Source: a virus. From it: 64,000 nucleotides of DNA. This document shows, in pieces, positions 44,615 to 55,161 of this stretch. Location: positions 1-64,000 of IMG/VR virus record IMGVR_UViG_3300046787_000099. One strand, 5' to 3'. Position 1 is the stretch's first letter. Each line of letters starts with the position of its first letter. The notes beneath the pieces were generated by a model, which ran no database searches, was not told where the DNA came from, and worked only from the letters and a program-made list of their open reading frames with translations. The position numbers were made by a program, and so were the translations under genes.

Positions 44615-45475
44615 TTATTGGTATTTGTCTAACCAGCCTCCTGGTTGTTTTGTATTGTAATTAGTAAAGTTAGTTAATTGGTCAAGCTTTGTCAACTGAC
44701 CTCCCTGTGCCATCATAGGATACTCTGTAACAGACGATCCATGATAATTGTAGTCTTGGTTAGGATACATCATTTGCATGTCTCCTGTGTCAGATATACC
44801 TAGTACAGGATAAGGTACACCTTGCATTGTTATTTGGTTAGAACCTATCTGTGTCACCTTGCCAGGATGAGCCCATTGTCCTCTGTCATCTTTAATAATC
44901 TTAGAACCATTTTTAGAAATAGATTTAGGTTTCCAATCTAATCCATTCTGATAGTATTTCATCTCCATACCATTCTGTGCAGAAGCAGGTGTCTTCTTTC
45001 CATAAGGACCTTTACTAGGAGCAGGAGGACCAATTGTACGTGCGTATGTAAATCCTACAGCACCAGGCATAGATCCACCCATAGCAAAATCCTCACTAGT
45101 TGTTAATCTTGTAGGAGCATTCTCATCTTTTCCTCTTCCTTCTATCCAATCTATTACAGATTGAGGAGTAGGTTGCGATTTCTTTGCTACAGTCTGTACT
45201 GGTTTCTTATATAAGTATTGATTTCCTGCAGGAGCATAATAACCTATTCTTGAATCTTTAGGATTAGATAAATATATAGGAGGATGCTTTTTATTATACT
45301 CTTTAGGTGAAAGATATCCACCACTTTGAAACTGTCCTCCCCATGCAGGAGAATAGTTACGTCCTCTATTAGTATATCCTTCTCCTACAAAATCATTAGA
45401 TGCACTAACTGAGTAGTCATTATAGTTAGGTTGTACAGGACCACCATCATTATATTTATCTAACCATTTTTTCAT
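44615..45475 (-). CDS. Putative virion protein with xxGG motifs
   Basis: 286 aa; ITMQGVPYPVLG..MMYP..DY...VTEYP domain; WLDKY at both termini. Confidence 0.55.
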   Translation of the reverse strand: MKKWLDKYNDGGPVQPNYNDYSVSASNDFVGEGYTNRGRNYSPAWGGQFQSGGYLSPKEYNKKHPPIYLSNPKDSRIGYYAPAGNQYLYKKPVQTVAKKSQPTPQSVIDWIEGRGKDENAPTRLTTSEDFAMGGSMPGAVGFTYARTIGPPAPSKGPYGKKTPASAQNGMEMKYYQNGLDWKPKSISKNGSKIIKDDRGQWAHPGKVTQIGSNQITMQGVPYPVLGISDTGDMQMMYPNQDYNYHGSSVTEYPMMAQGGQLTKLDQLTNFTNYNTKQPGGWLDKYQ

Positions 45476-46341
45476 TACTTGTAAGAGATTTGAGCAGGAG
45501 CTACAATGAATTGAGAGATGATGTGAGCATCAGACTTGTTATCTAGAATGTGTCTAATTAACAAACCTTTAGCTCTGATTGTATCTTTCTTGAATGAACG
45601 AACACCATAATCCATGTTCGCTTGGTTAAGAACCTTATCGATTGATAAAGACTCACAGCCAGTTACAAACAAAGGTAATGATTTATCTTTAACTACAGAC
45701 CAGAAATTATTATATTGATAGAAATTATCTGATTTAGTATAAGTAATTGTCTTAGAGTATTGATTGTACATTGGGTACTGCATGTATGCCTTTAGGTTAT
45801 TCATTGGTTTAGGAACCAACTCTAACACACCAGAACACTGCTGACCATTGTAAATGATAGCCTTATTGAAATACTGATCATCAGTTTGAATCTTAGCATT
45901 ATCATTATACACACCATCTGGGATAGGTAAGTACTTGTAAACTGTACTAAAGTCTTTTACATTCTGTAATATCTCATCATGGAACTGATAAGCAAATGGA
46001 TACTCAATTATGTATGGTTCAATATTTCCATAGTAACTATTGTAAAGAGTTGTATCAGTTAAGTGTCTCCACAAACTTGCAGTATTCTGTGGAGTGAATT
46101 GAATCTCTGCTATTTGTCTAAACGACAATGATGTAATAGACAAGAACTTAGTAGTCTTACACTTACCAATAGACTCAAGAATAATAACAGTGACAGCATC
46201 ATCAATAGTGTATGACACACCATCAATGAGCTGTTGCTTAGTAATGCTTGTACCTAACACATTTCCGTAGTTATCAGAAATGTTAAAAGGTCCAACTCTA
46301 TTACCTGCTTTCTCTAATTTTATTGTTACTATCTTAGACAT
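45475..46341 (-). CDS. Probable C-terminal part of the muzzle/stabilisation protein with an added N-terminal Ig-like domain
   Basis: SLWRH..YNSYYG..PYIIE, FNKAIIYNGQQCSG.L.L and ..IRAK follow on from the gp10-like domain of the upstream gene. Confidence 0.55.
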   Translation of the reverse strand: MSKIVTIKLEKAGNRVGPFNISDNYGNVLGTSITKQQLIDGVSYTIDDAVTVIILESIGKCKTTKFLSITSLSFRQIAEIQFTPQNTASLWRHLTDTTLYNSYYGNIEPYIIEYPFAYQFHDEILQNVKDFSTVYKYLPIPDGVYNDNAKIQTDDQYFNKAIIYNGQQCSGVLELVPKPMNNLKAYMQYPMYNQYSKTITYTKSDNFYQYNNFWSVVKDKSLPLFVTGCESLSIDKVLNQANMDYGVRSFKKDTIRAKGLLIRHILDNKSDAHIISQFIVAPAQISYK

Positions 46342-46354
46342 TTTATTTCATTAA

Positions 46355-49300
46355 TTAGATGCAAGAATCTGTTGTATCTGTTACAGTGATATATGTATCA
46401 CCTGGAACTGGTGTAGTACCGATCTTAACACAGTACTGAGGAGCAGTTAATTCTGGTATACTTACAACTTGTACAACATTATCACAATCAGTGTAAGTAA
46501 CTGTATTAGAAAAATCTGGTGAATTATTAGTAAATGTCCACAAAGTACAACCTACAACTGCTGTAGTAGTAGTGGTAGTAGTTGGACTTGCAGTGGTTGT
46601 TGTAGTGGTTGTTGGAATACAATCTTCGCAACTTGCATACGATGTTGCAGAATAAAGTGTTGAGTTAGCAGGTGTTGTACTAGCAGTGCTTGTAATAAAT
46701 CCACATAATATTTCACCACTGCCAGGTGTACCTACTTGAAATTGTACAATGTTTGGAGCAACGAATGTATATATTTTTTCAGCATAGTATAAATCTCCTG
46801 TAACACATTCATCAATTGAATAAGTATAAGTTACAGGTGGTGTTAAATCACAATATTCTACATCCCCACATTCATATACATTTGGAGAATAAAGTGTTGC
46901 ACTAGGAGAACCTGGTGCAGAAGTATCTGATATAATAGTTCCACAGAATACTGTCCCACTACCAGGTGAACCAACTTGGAATTGTACAACATCACCTATA
47001 CTAAATGCATAAGTTTGCTCAGTGGTATAAAAATCAGAAGTAACACATTGTTCAATTACATAATTATAAGTTGGTGCTACCGTTGTAGTAGTAGTTGTAG
47101 TAGGTGTTGCTGTGGTAGTGGTTGTAGTAGTCGGTGCTACAGTGGTAGTGGTTGTTGTTGTAGGCTCTAACGTAGTTGTAGTTGTGGTAGTTGGAGCAAC
47201 AGTGGTAGTAGTGGTGGTTGTAGGTGCAACTGTTGTAGTGGTGCTTGTTGTTGTCGAAGTTGATGTACTACTAGTTGTAGTGGTAGTAGTATAAACCTCA
47301 GAAGCAACACCAGCAATCTGACATCCAGGGAATACAGAAGATGCAAAACCTTGTAACTCACAATCAGGACCTTCTGTAGCAGCAATAGCCAACAAGTCAC
47401 ATCCCTCATTCAATCCTGAATAGAAGAAGTTGTTCTCTGCTATGTAGAAGTTAGGAATGTAGCTATGGAATGAAATCCAAGTCTTTGTATTCATGTTGAA
47501 TGACAAAGTCCAAGACTTGTTACAGAAGTATCTATTGTCAGTTAACAACACAACCTCTCTGTAAGTAGCATCTCCTACAGTGTGGTTTACGTAGTATTCC
47601 TTAGTAGTATCATCGTAGAATATCTTACCTACTTGATCCACTTGAGGAATGTAATCTAACTTAGAGATGATAACACGATCAAACTTACTATCAAACACAC
47701 CATGTAGTCCACAACCATTGAAGTGATTGTCTGTATCTGCTGTAGGGAAGTAACGTAAGATTTCAAATGCTAAGTGGTCTGTAAAGAACTTATTCACACC
47801 TGAACCAAATGCAGCTAAGTCTGTAGCACCATTGCCAGCAATCAAGAATATCTGACCACGCTTAGCATCAGCTGTTATCTGTCCTTGAGGAATCTTTAAC
47901 AACATCTTATTTTGAGATCCTACATATCCAAGATCAGTCTCAGCAAAGTCAATTGGAGGAGCAGATCTAAACAATGAAGGATTACCCAAATAAGCAGCTT
48001 GTGGATTGCTTGTATTGATTGTAAGCATTGTGTTATATAACAATGACTTATTCTCAAAGCGAGCAAGGATAGCCTTGTTCTGAATACCATCAAGAGAAAC
48101 TAAGTTACCAAAGTTCTGAGGGAAATCAAAGAATGCTAATGGTGTATAACTTAACCAGCTATTTACTTTGTTGCTAGGATTAGTATCTTGTGCCTCTGAG
48201 TAAACAGCTCTGAATGGATAATATGTATTGCAGTTGTTCTCACTCCAATCAGCAGGAAGATGAGAGAAGAAGTTCTCTGTATTCTGCTTAGAGTAAGACA
48301 CATTGTAATAGTAAGTATTGTCTTGAGCAATAGGTACAAATGTTTGTTGTAACCATTGATCAGGAATACCAGAGCTTACACGAGGATAGAAGTCTCCTTC
48401 TCTATTGTTAAATGATTGACGTAAGTCTAAGTTAATAGAACTCTCACAATAGAAATACGGAATACCATACGCAAACATGTAGAACTTACCTGTGTACGAT
48501 GCAGTGTTTGTACCCAAGCTGCTACCTCCCAACACTGTTGTTGTGGTAGTAGTTGTACCATTAAGAGGAGACTCTGAAGGGCAATCAAAGTTATGAGCCT
48601 TGATTGATATAATGTTTCTTAATGTAGATATAGGTGCACCAGAATCAGGCTTATTGAAATCATACAACACTGATCTTGAAGAATGCCAGTATTGAGGATA
48701 AGCAATGTTACCTAATTGATCATACTCAATATCACTATCATCTGGAGCATTTACTCTATTATCAATAAAGAACGGAAGCTTAGTCTTGAATGCAAAACGA
48801 GAGATGAATGTATCACCACCAAATACAGTTTGGATTCCTGGTGTAGAATCAACATCTACTTGGAATCCTGTATCAATTGTAGTGTACGTATATATCTGTC
48901 CCCATTGATTAGGTAGTATATTCTTTAATGAACCATAGTAAGATACTACATTAATAGTTTCTAAGAACTCAGGAACACCACAGTTACCACTTTGTGATAA
49001 AGTGAATCTTGAGTTATCTTCAATCTGTCCATTAAGAGAAGGTGTGTCTTGAGCATAAGGAAGAGCAGTCTTTGATGCTGCTGTCTTTAAGTATACAGAT
49101 GTTTCTCTTTGGAAGTTGTTTATATCATGATCATCACTAACAGACTGAACACCTGGAAGTAAGTATTGATAAAGATCAAGCTCACGTTGTTTGATACCTG
49201 CACCATTAGCAACATCAGCAGAGTAATCATACTGTGCTACAGAGTTGAATGAATATGCAAAGTTCTTTCTACTAATACCATTAATATAGATAGTTAGATA

Positions 49301-51790
49301 AGCTTGATACATAGTAAACATACCAGCCTGATTAAACGGACTAGTAATATTAGCAACCTTATAACTATCTAATAATGCTTGATATTGAATCTCTTTAGTT
49401 AATAGTCTATATCTAGCATTGTTCTTCACTTCTACAAAGTGTGCACTACCTGCACCAAACATTGCATTCTCTAACTTAAGAACAGATCCTAGTGAAGGTT
49501 GTCCAAAAGAAGTTTCAGGTGAGTTGAATATATATCTATACTTAGAAGCATCTGTAGAGAAACCATCTAAGTTTGCAGGTTGACAATAAGGATTTACATT
49601 ACTAAATGCTACTGTATATCTAGTATCTCCACCAGTGAACTGAGGAGTAGTTGCAGAACAAATTATAACAGGCTCATCTGCAAGAACTGTAAGAGGAGTG
49701 TTAGTAGGATAAGTTAAAGCATCCTGATAGACAAATGTAGTAGATGACTGAGATGTTATTCTGTAGAACTTAGCATTGTATTGAGCTACAGGATTAGTAA
49801 TTGTTGTAGTTCCAGTTAATATAACTGGTTGTGTTACAGAGCAAATATACTGCACACCTGCAGATAAATCTAAACTTACTAATTCTCCTGTAGAAGAACT
49901 GTTGTATTGAATACTAGCAAATGCTGGTGTATCTAACTTCCAATAAATAGACTCACTGTTGTAAGCATTGTTTTCTTCAAGAAGGAATGGATCTCTGCTA
50001 ACATCATTATAAGGATAGTTAGCATAGTAGTATGATGTATTCTCACGAGTGTATTTACCTACGTTACGTAGAATACCTTTTGCTACAATAGATTTATTTG
50101 TAGATCTATTACCACGAACAATCTTGAATCCAGCAATCTCAGCCTTTTGATCTGCTGTCAAATCAGAAGCAGCAATCAAATCTAATACTTGTTGTGTATC
50201 AATTCTTACACCAAGAGGGAATACAGACTCAGGGTTCTGCATAACTGGTGAAATAGGTGTTGATACACTATATGAAGGAGACTCATAAATAGGACTAACT
50301 AGAACATCAGGAAACTTGTGATGTCTAATTGGTTGACCAGCAAGATCTCCCCACACATTAGGATCACAAGGATATGTCTCTAATGATTCCCAATATGCAA
50401 ACTCTCCATACTTATATGGTGTAGCACCATTGATACTAGCACCTGAACCATTCCCTGTTACAGATGCAGTGTTATAAATCTTCCATGTAGGAGCAGATGT
50501 TCCTGTACCAATATAGTCAGGATTGCTATTAGGAATAGCTACTAAGTCTGAAGCAACCGATGCTCTACCAGGAATGTGGAAACCATCTGTCTGCTTACCA
50601 TTCCTCAATAAGAATACAATCTCAAATGCATACACCTCATCACGTAAATATCCACGTAAGTCTGTAGCATTTAACTCATTTGCATAGTCTTGATTAGCAG
50701 GCATTTTGTACGTCTGCCACATCAAAGAAATATCGTTAGCAATCTTCTGATAACTTAATCGATCATCAGATGTTAAACCATCCCAAATAAGAATATCTTG
50801 TACAGATGTAATATCTTGAGCAACACTATAATAAGGTTGTTTCTCAAAGATGTCAGCAATAGTTAATCTGATTTGCTCTTGATTCTGTCCTGTATAAGTT
50901 ATTTGTCTAGTTCTACCATCAATGAAGTAAGTACCAATTAGTTCTACAGATACTATAGCGTTGATGTTCTTGATTACAGCAACATTGTAATACTCAAAGT
51001 ATCCTGTTAAATCTAAGTTAGCAATATCTACAACAATAGACTTATTAACTGGGTAGTTAAAGTTTAATGTCTCAACGTTAGTGTTAGCAATAGGAAGAGG
51101 ATTGGTAATAGAATAGTATGATGTATAACCAACACCATTAGCATTAGAATACTGAATAGCAAATTGGTATGTACCAGATATAAGCTCACCACCATTAACT
51201 ACCTCAGCTATATCTAATACAGGAATATCAAAGTTAGGTTGGATCTTTAACTTGTTACAATCAATCTCTCTTGTTGAAATAGTTTCACAAAGATTATCTC
51301 CAATAACTGTAACATAAGGAATGTTATCAATATCTAGATATCTACGAGGGTTTAATCCATCAGTCCAATAGATTTCAGTTGTACAGTTTGATATCTTATG
51401 TACAGCCTTGTGAATAGGATTGTCAATGTTAAAGTTTAGACATGGAGAATTGATGTATGTATTATACACACAATCATTGTTATCCATATATCCAATCTCA
51501 GAATCTCCAGTGTTAGGATTTACTAAGAAGAATATATGTTTGTTCTTCTCTTGAATAAAGTGTTCTCCAATAAGAACATAATCTTCAGGAAACTGTAAAC
51601 ACAGCACATTACCTGCCTCATTCTGATAGTTTACAGAATCGGAGTCAAAGTTTTCTATAGCCGCATTCAATGCATATGTAAGCTTGCCTTTAGGTACTTG
51701 AGCAAGAGTTTGGTCCATGTTAAGACCACTCTGTGCAGCATTAAAGTTTTGCTTTACATTCCCTTGATTAGTTGTTTCTTCTCCAGCCAT
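46355..51790 (-). CDS. Muzzle / tail stabilisation protein (P22 gp10-like) with Thr-rich and Cys-repeat C-terminal extension
   Basis: GLNMD, YWTDGLNPRRY, YLRDEVYAFEIV, GGDTFISRF, DAKRGQIF, SWTLSF..WISFHSYIP are typical of crAss-like stabilisation proteins. Confidence 0.75.
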   Translation of the reverse strand: MAGEETTNQGNVKQNFNAAQSGLNMDQTLAQVPKGKLTYALNAAIENFDSDSVNYQNEAGNVLCLQFPEDYVLIGEHFIQEKNKHIFFLVNPNTGDSEIGYMDNNDCVYNTYINSPCLNFNIDNPIHKAVHKISNCTTEIYWTDGLNPRRYLDIDNIPYVTVIGDNLCETISTREIDCNKLKIQPNFDIPVLDIAEVVNGGELISGTYQFAIQYSNANGVGYTSYYSITNPLPIANTNVETLNFNYPVNKSIVVDIANLDLTGYFEYYNVAVIKNINAIVSVELIGTYFIDGRTRQITYTGQNQEQIRLTIADIFEKQPYYSVAQDITSVQDILIWDGLTSDDRLSYQKIANDISLMWQTYKMPANQDYANELNATDLRGYLRDEVYAFEIVFLLRNGKQTDGFHIPGRASVASDLVAIPNSNPDYIGTGTSAPTWKIYNTASVTGNGSGASINGATPYKYGEFAYWESLETYPCDPNVWGDLAGQPIRHHKFPDVLVSPIYESPSYSVSTPISPVMQNPESVFPLGVRIDTQQVLDLIAASDLTADQKAEIAGFKIVRGNRSTNKSIVAKGILRNVGKYTRENTSYYYANYPYNDVSRDPFLLEENNAYNSESIYWKLDTPAFASIQYNSSSTGELVSLDLSAGVQYICSVTQPVILTGTTTITNPVAQYNAKFYRITSQSSTTFVYQDALTYPTNTPLTVLADEPVIICSATTPQFTGGDTRYTVAFSNVNPYCQPANLDGFSTDASKYRYIFNSPETSFGQPSLGSVLKLENAMFGAGSAHFVEVKNNARYRLLTKEIQYQALLDSYKVANITSPFNQAGMFTMYQAYLTIYINGISRKNFAYSFNSVAQYDYSADVANGAGIKQRELDLYQYLLPGVQSVSDDHDINNFQRETSVYLKTAASKTALPYAQDTPSLNGQIEDNSRFTLSQSGNCGVPEFLETINVVSYYGSLKNILPNQWGQIYTYTTIDTGFQVDVDSTPGIQTVFGGDTFISRFAFKTKLPFFIDNRVNAPDDSDIEYDQLGNIAYPQYWHSSRSVLYDFNKPDSGAPISTLRNIISIKAHNFDCPSESPLNGTTTTTTTVLGGSSLGTNTASYTGKFYMFAYGIPYFYCESSINLDLRQSFNNREGDFYPRVSSGIPDQWLQQTFVPIAQDNTYYYNVSYSKQNTENFFSHLPADWSENNCNTYYPFRAVYSEAQDTNPSNKVNSWLSYTPLAFFDFPQNFGNLVSLDGIQNKAILARFENKSLLYNTMLTINTSNPQAAYLGNPSLFRSAPPIDFAETDLGYVGSQNKMLLKIPQGQITADAKRGQIFLIAGNGATDLAAFGSGVNKFFTDHLAFEILRYFPTADTDNHFNGCGLHGVFDSKFDRVIISKLDYIPQVDQVGKIFYDDTTKEYYVNHTVGDATYREVVLLTDNRYFCNKSWTLSFNMNTKTWISFHSYIPNFYIAENNFFYSGLNEGCDLLAIAATEGPDCELQGFASSVFPGCQIAGVASEVYTTTTTTSSTSTSTTTSTTTTVAPTTTTTTTVAPTTTTTTTLEPTTTTTTTVAPTTTTTTTATPTTTTTTTVAPTYNYVIEQCVTSDFYTTEQTYAFSIGDVVQFQVGSPGSGTVFCGTIISDTSAPGSPSATLYSPNVYECGDVEYCDLTPPVTYTYSIDECVTGDLYYAEKIYTFVAPNIVQFQVGTPGSGEILCGFITSTASTTPANSTLYSATSYASCEDCIPTTTTTTTASPTTTTTTTAVVGCTLWTFTNNSPDFSNTVTYTDCDNVVQVVSIPELTAPQYCVKIGTTPVPGDTYITVTDTTDSCI

Positions 51791-52736
51791 ATCTATTTGT
51801 TCTGTTTGGCAGTTCGTACATGTTGAACCTGTTTAGGTCATTCTTGATTCTGCGTTGTTTCTCCCAAGGAGTTTGCTTCTTTATTTCAATGTCTGCCATA
51901 ATGAATGCTTCCTCAGAAAGTTGCTTATAATAGCCAAGTTTCTTCTGTAGCTGTTCGAACGTCTCATCTGTTAATTGGTTAGATAGGGTTTCAAATATCT
52001 TGTACTTAATAAATGCTTCTACATACTCTCTAATACGATAGTTATCAGGAATCAATTGATTACCAATACCATCATACTCAACAGTATAGAATATCAAGTG
52101 AACAATACCATTTCTGAAGTTAGTGACAAACTTGTTGTCTCTGATATCAAAACTATCATAACCAGCAGCCCCAGGAGTGAACTCGCGAATCGTAGGTACT
52201 GAAGGAGCAAAATCCCATGACTCAGTATACTTTACATCACAGTTAGCCTGTGCAGATAAATTGCCTGGCTTAAGTAAATATTCTTTCTTGTATGATCTAG
52301 TAGTTTGTGTATTAGTCTTGTATACAGCTTGAATTAAATCAGGCATACAAGAAGGACATCCTGTTGTACATGTAGGGTTAGAACAAGGAACACCACCAAC
52401 TGTAACAGGAGAAACTTGAATAGTTGTAGCTGAAGCAGCTTGAGAATAGAATGAGTTAGCAGATTGGTATGGCAACTGAGGAATCTCTGTAGCCATCCAT
52501 GCTTCTCTTACAGCAAAGAAGTTATCTGGAAGTCTTGCTTGAAAGTCTTGGATGTGAAGAATTTGTTCACTAATAACATAAGTAGCTCTACCTAACTTAC
52601 GAAGACACTTATCCAAGTAAGTAGGGAACAATAAGTCATCTACAGCTCCTGTATCAAAGTAGCTTTTTAACTCCTCTTTAACTGTAGAGTAAACAGGCTC
52701 AGGAGAGACAAAGTTATATTTATAGTAGTACGACAT
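51768..52736 (-). CDS. Tail ring / tubular adaptor protein (P22 gp4-like)
   Basis: ARLPDNF, FVTNFRNG.V.L..Y..DG..LIPDN..EAFIKYK; upstream of the muzzle. Confidence 0.65.
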   Translation of the reverse strand: MSYYYKYNFVSPEPVYSTVKEELKSYFDTGAVDDLLFPTYLDKCLRKLGRATYVISEQILHIQDFQARLPDNFFAVREAWMATEIPQLPYQSANSFYSQAASATTIQVSPVTVGGVPCSNPTCTTGCPSCMPDLIQAVYKTNTQTTRSYKKEYLLKPGNLSAQANCDVKYTESWDFAPSVPTIREFTPGAAGYDSFDIRDNKFVTNFRNGIVHLIFYTVEYDGIGNQLIPDNYRIREYVEAFIKYKIFETLSNQLTDETFEQLQKKLGYYKQLSEEAFIMADIEIKKQTPWEKQRRIKNDLNRFNMYELPNRTNRYGWRRNN

Positions 52737-52739
52737 AAG

Positions 52740-53219
52740 TTATTTTTTCCACTCACGATAGATATGTTGATATTTCTCGTCAGTCTTTATATAGTGAGAT
52801 AATAGTCTTGATGTTGTTCTGGTAGGTTTAAAGTACCAAAGGTTTGTATGCTTTAATCTAGCTGTCTCTCTAAACCACATCCATCCAAAGAAGTATCCCT
52901 CCGTGTGGTAATTGAAATTGTAGATTCTCTTTCCCTTCTCTTTACTCTTTTGCCAATCAATAGGCAAGTTAATTACATCTACACCATCCACCTTCTTAAA
53001 CTTCTTTCTCTTCTTCTTGTTAATAGAGAACTCACCAAAGCCAAGTGGTAACTTAGCTTTCTCTCCAGTTTCAAGAATGTAGTTTTTGAATGCCTCGTTG
53101 AACGAGTAGATGATGTTCCTCCACTCATCAAATGTGAGCTTTATTAGAGGATGCTTCTTACAGAAGCTTTTGTAGTTGTCTTTGCTGGATGATCTCCAGT
53201 CTATTTTAACTCTTGGCAT
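52740..53219 (-). CDS. IHF/HU-like DNA-binding protein (crAss-like)
   Basis: Basic; GEKAKLPLGFGEFSINKK, IDWQKS, N.HTEGY. Confidence 0.65.
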   Translation of the reverse strand: MPRVKIDWRSSSKDNYKSFCKKHPLIKLTFDEWRNIIYSFNEAFKNYILETGEKAKLPLGFGEFSINKKKRKKFKKVDGVDVINLPIDWQKSKEKGKRIYNFNYHTEGYFFGWMWFRETARLKHTNLWYFKPTRTTSRLLSHYIKTDEKYQHIYREWKK

Positions 53220-53932
53220 TATTGCTTGCTTACTTGATCATCTTTATTGTCAGATGTTTTATCATCATTGATCTTAAAGTATGTCGAGATTAGTTTCTGT
53301 GAGGTTAATTCTAACACTTGCTTCTCTAAGTATCCTGGACATCCATACTCTTTGTCTAATGGATTCTTGCAATACTCATTAAGATCTACACCATTTGCAC
53401 AACAACATTCAGAGAACATGATCTCATTTGGAACATCTTCCTCAAAGAATGCTGCAATACGTACAGCTTGTAACAATGGATTACTAACATATAGATATCC
53501 ATTAACAATCCAGTAGTATGGCTGATTCTTGATTAAAGGAAGAGATAATAGATTTAGATATCTATTGATTGTTACTTCCTTAAATCTAGTTCCTTGACCT
53601 CCCATAGCATTGATAGACCACACACCTTGAATAAGGTATTGATAGTTACCTTCTGCAATACGAGGAAGCTTGAATCTAGTTCTAGATACATTACATGGAT
53701 CAACATAATCACAACACTCAGAGATAGGTACTTGAATCATCTCTAAGCAAGGGATGGTTGTGAAGATGGTATCTGTAGCCCAAAGTCTACGAAGATTAGT
53801 CTCACGTTTAAGTAATAGCTGCGTGTTGTTTTTAATCTCAGACGCAACAACCCTATCAGTGATAAGGTTGTCCGTTGATAGCAATTTGTGCATTGAACGC
53901 ACGTCTGAAACTAATTTTCTTAATGTTGCCAT
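53219..53932 (-). CDS. Tail ring protein (synteny-based)
   Basis: 237 aa; CLEMIQV..ECC, NGYLYV, FEED..; position in the crAss-like structural block. Confidence 0.5.
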   Translation of the reverse strand: MATLRKLVSDVRSMHKLLSTDNLITDRVVASEIKNNTQLLLKRETNLRRLWATDTIFTTIPCLEMIQVPISECCDYVDPCNVSRTRFKLPRIAEGNYQYLIQGVWSINAMGGQGTRFKEVTINRYLNLLSLPLIKNQPYYWIVNGYLYVSNPLLQAVRIAAFFEEDVPNEIMFSECCCANGVDLNEYCKNPLDKEYGCPGYLEKQVLELTSQKLISTYFKINDDKTSDNKDDQVSKQ

Positions 53933-53934
53933 TG

Positions 53935-55161
53935 TTATATTCTTTCTTCAAATTCAGCAATCTTGCCAGTGTCCTTGTTATAGACTAGAGCAAGTGCTGC
54001 TCTAACACTATGAACATAGTTGTTATCTAAGTGCCATCTATCTGTACCAGACAAGCTAGGCATTTGTTGTATTCTTACACCTTTGACTTCCTTAGCCATG
54101 TAGTGGTGTTTATCTCCTGTGTGAACCTCTCTGTACTTAGCATATCCAAACATTTGACTATACTCAGGATGAGTTGCAAACAATAATGGAAGATCTTCAA
54201 TCTTACAGTTACCATGATGATAACCAATGAATGTATCACCTACCATTACACCTTTCACTGTACTGTGTTCTCTTATGAAAGATACACTAGGATCATTCTT
54301 GAAGAATACATCTAGTGCATGTGCTAGGTAATAAGACTTAGTTCTGTCATGATTACCTTGTACTAATACTACCTTCACATTCTCACACACTCTACTGATT
54401 GCCTTGATAGTATCTACAAGCAAGTTAAAGCCTGCTTCATATTCATCAGCATAGTCCATAATAGTGTCTTGTGGAGTACCATTTGTTGTCTGATGCTGAT
54501 AGTTATCAGTGTGAAAGAAATCGTTTGATATAGGGAACACAATCGTGTCTATATCATACAATGATGTCACATTACCAATAAGAGATGTAGCAGTTGTGTA
54601 ATATCTTGCACACCTTGTCCATACAGAGTTATCACCATCTATGTGTCTCTTAGCTAAGTGATAGTCAGATAATGATAATTCAACATCTACCATCTTTTGC
54701 TCAATGTGATTAGATGTATGTTTTGGTTCAGGAATGTAGTTAGATTTGTAATTTTCTAGGAACTTTGCAAAGTCCTCAGGAGTGTAGTCTTTAGCTTCTT
54801 TTCTCTTAGAGAATACTGAAGAAGTAAATTTACCATTAGGTAATAACTTAGACCAGTAGTTTGTAATAACGTATTTATCAAGGTTAATCTTGTGCAGAGC
54901 AGCAAGCTCTATATCATCCTTGGGTTCAAAATCGAGAATCAATATGCTCTCAATAGTTCCTTTCTCATTGTTAATCTTTCGTACAGATTCACACAATAAA
55001 GGTGCTTTCAATGGATCGTTTTGTTCTCCCTCTCTTAGCTCTTTTAACAATTCATCTACTTCATTTTCAGTAATACCAAGCCTTGAGGCATAGTATGTTT
55101 TACTTTTCTTATGCTTCATTAATGCTTGAAGCATCGAAAGTTGATCCTGGTTTCCAGTCAT
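53935..55161 (-). CDS. Calcineurin-like metallophosphoesterase with N-terminal HTH-like segment
   Basis: SDYHL, NDFFH.D, GNHD, HHG, HTGDKHH motifs. Confidence 0.85.
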   Translation of the reverse strand: MTGNQDQLSMLQALMKHKKSKTYYASRLGITENEVDELLKELREGEQNDPLKAPLLCESVRKINNEKGTIESILILDFEPKDDIELAALHKINLDKYVITNYWSKLLPNGKFTSSVFSKRKEAKDYTPEDFAKFLENYKSNYIPEPKHTSNHIEQKMVDVELSLSDYHLAKRHIDGDNSVWTRCARYYTTATSLIGNVTSLYDIDTIVFPISNDFFHTDNYQHQTTNGTPQDTIMDYADEYEAGFNLLVDTIKAISRVCENVKVVLVQGNHDRTKSYYLAHALDVFFKNDPSVSFIREHSTVKGVMVGDTFIGYHHGNCKIEDLPLLFATHPEYSQMFGYAKYREVHTGDKHHYMAKEVKGVRIQQMPSLSGTDRWHLDNNYVHSVRAALALVYNKDTGKIAEFEERI

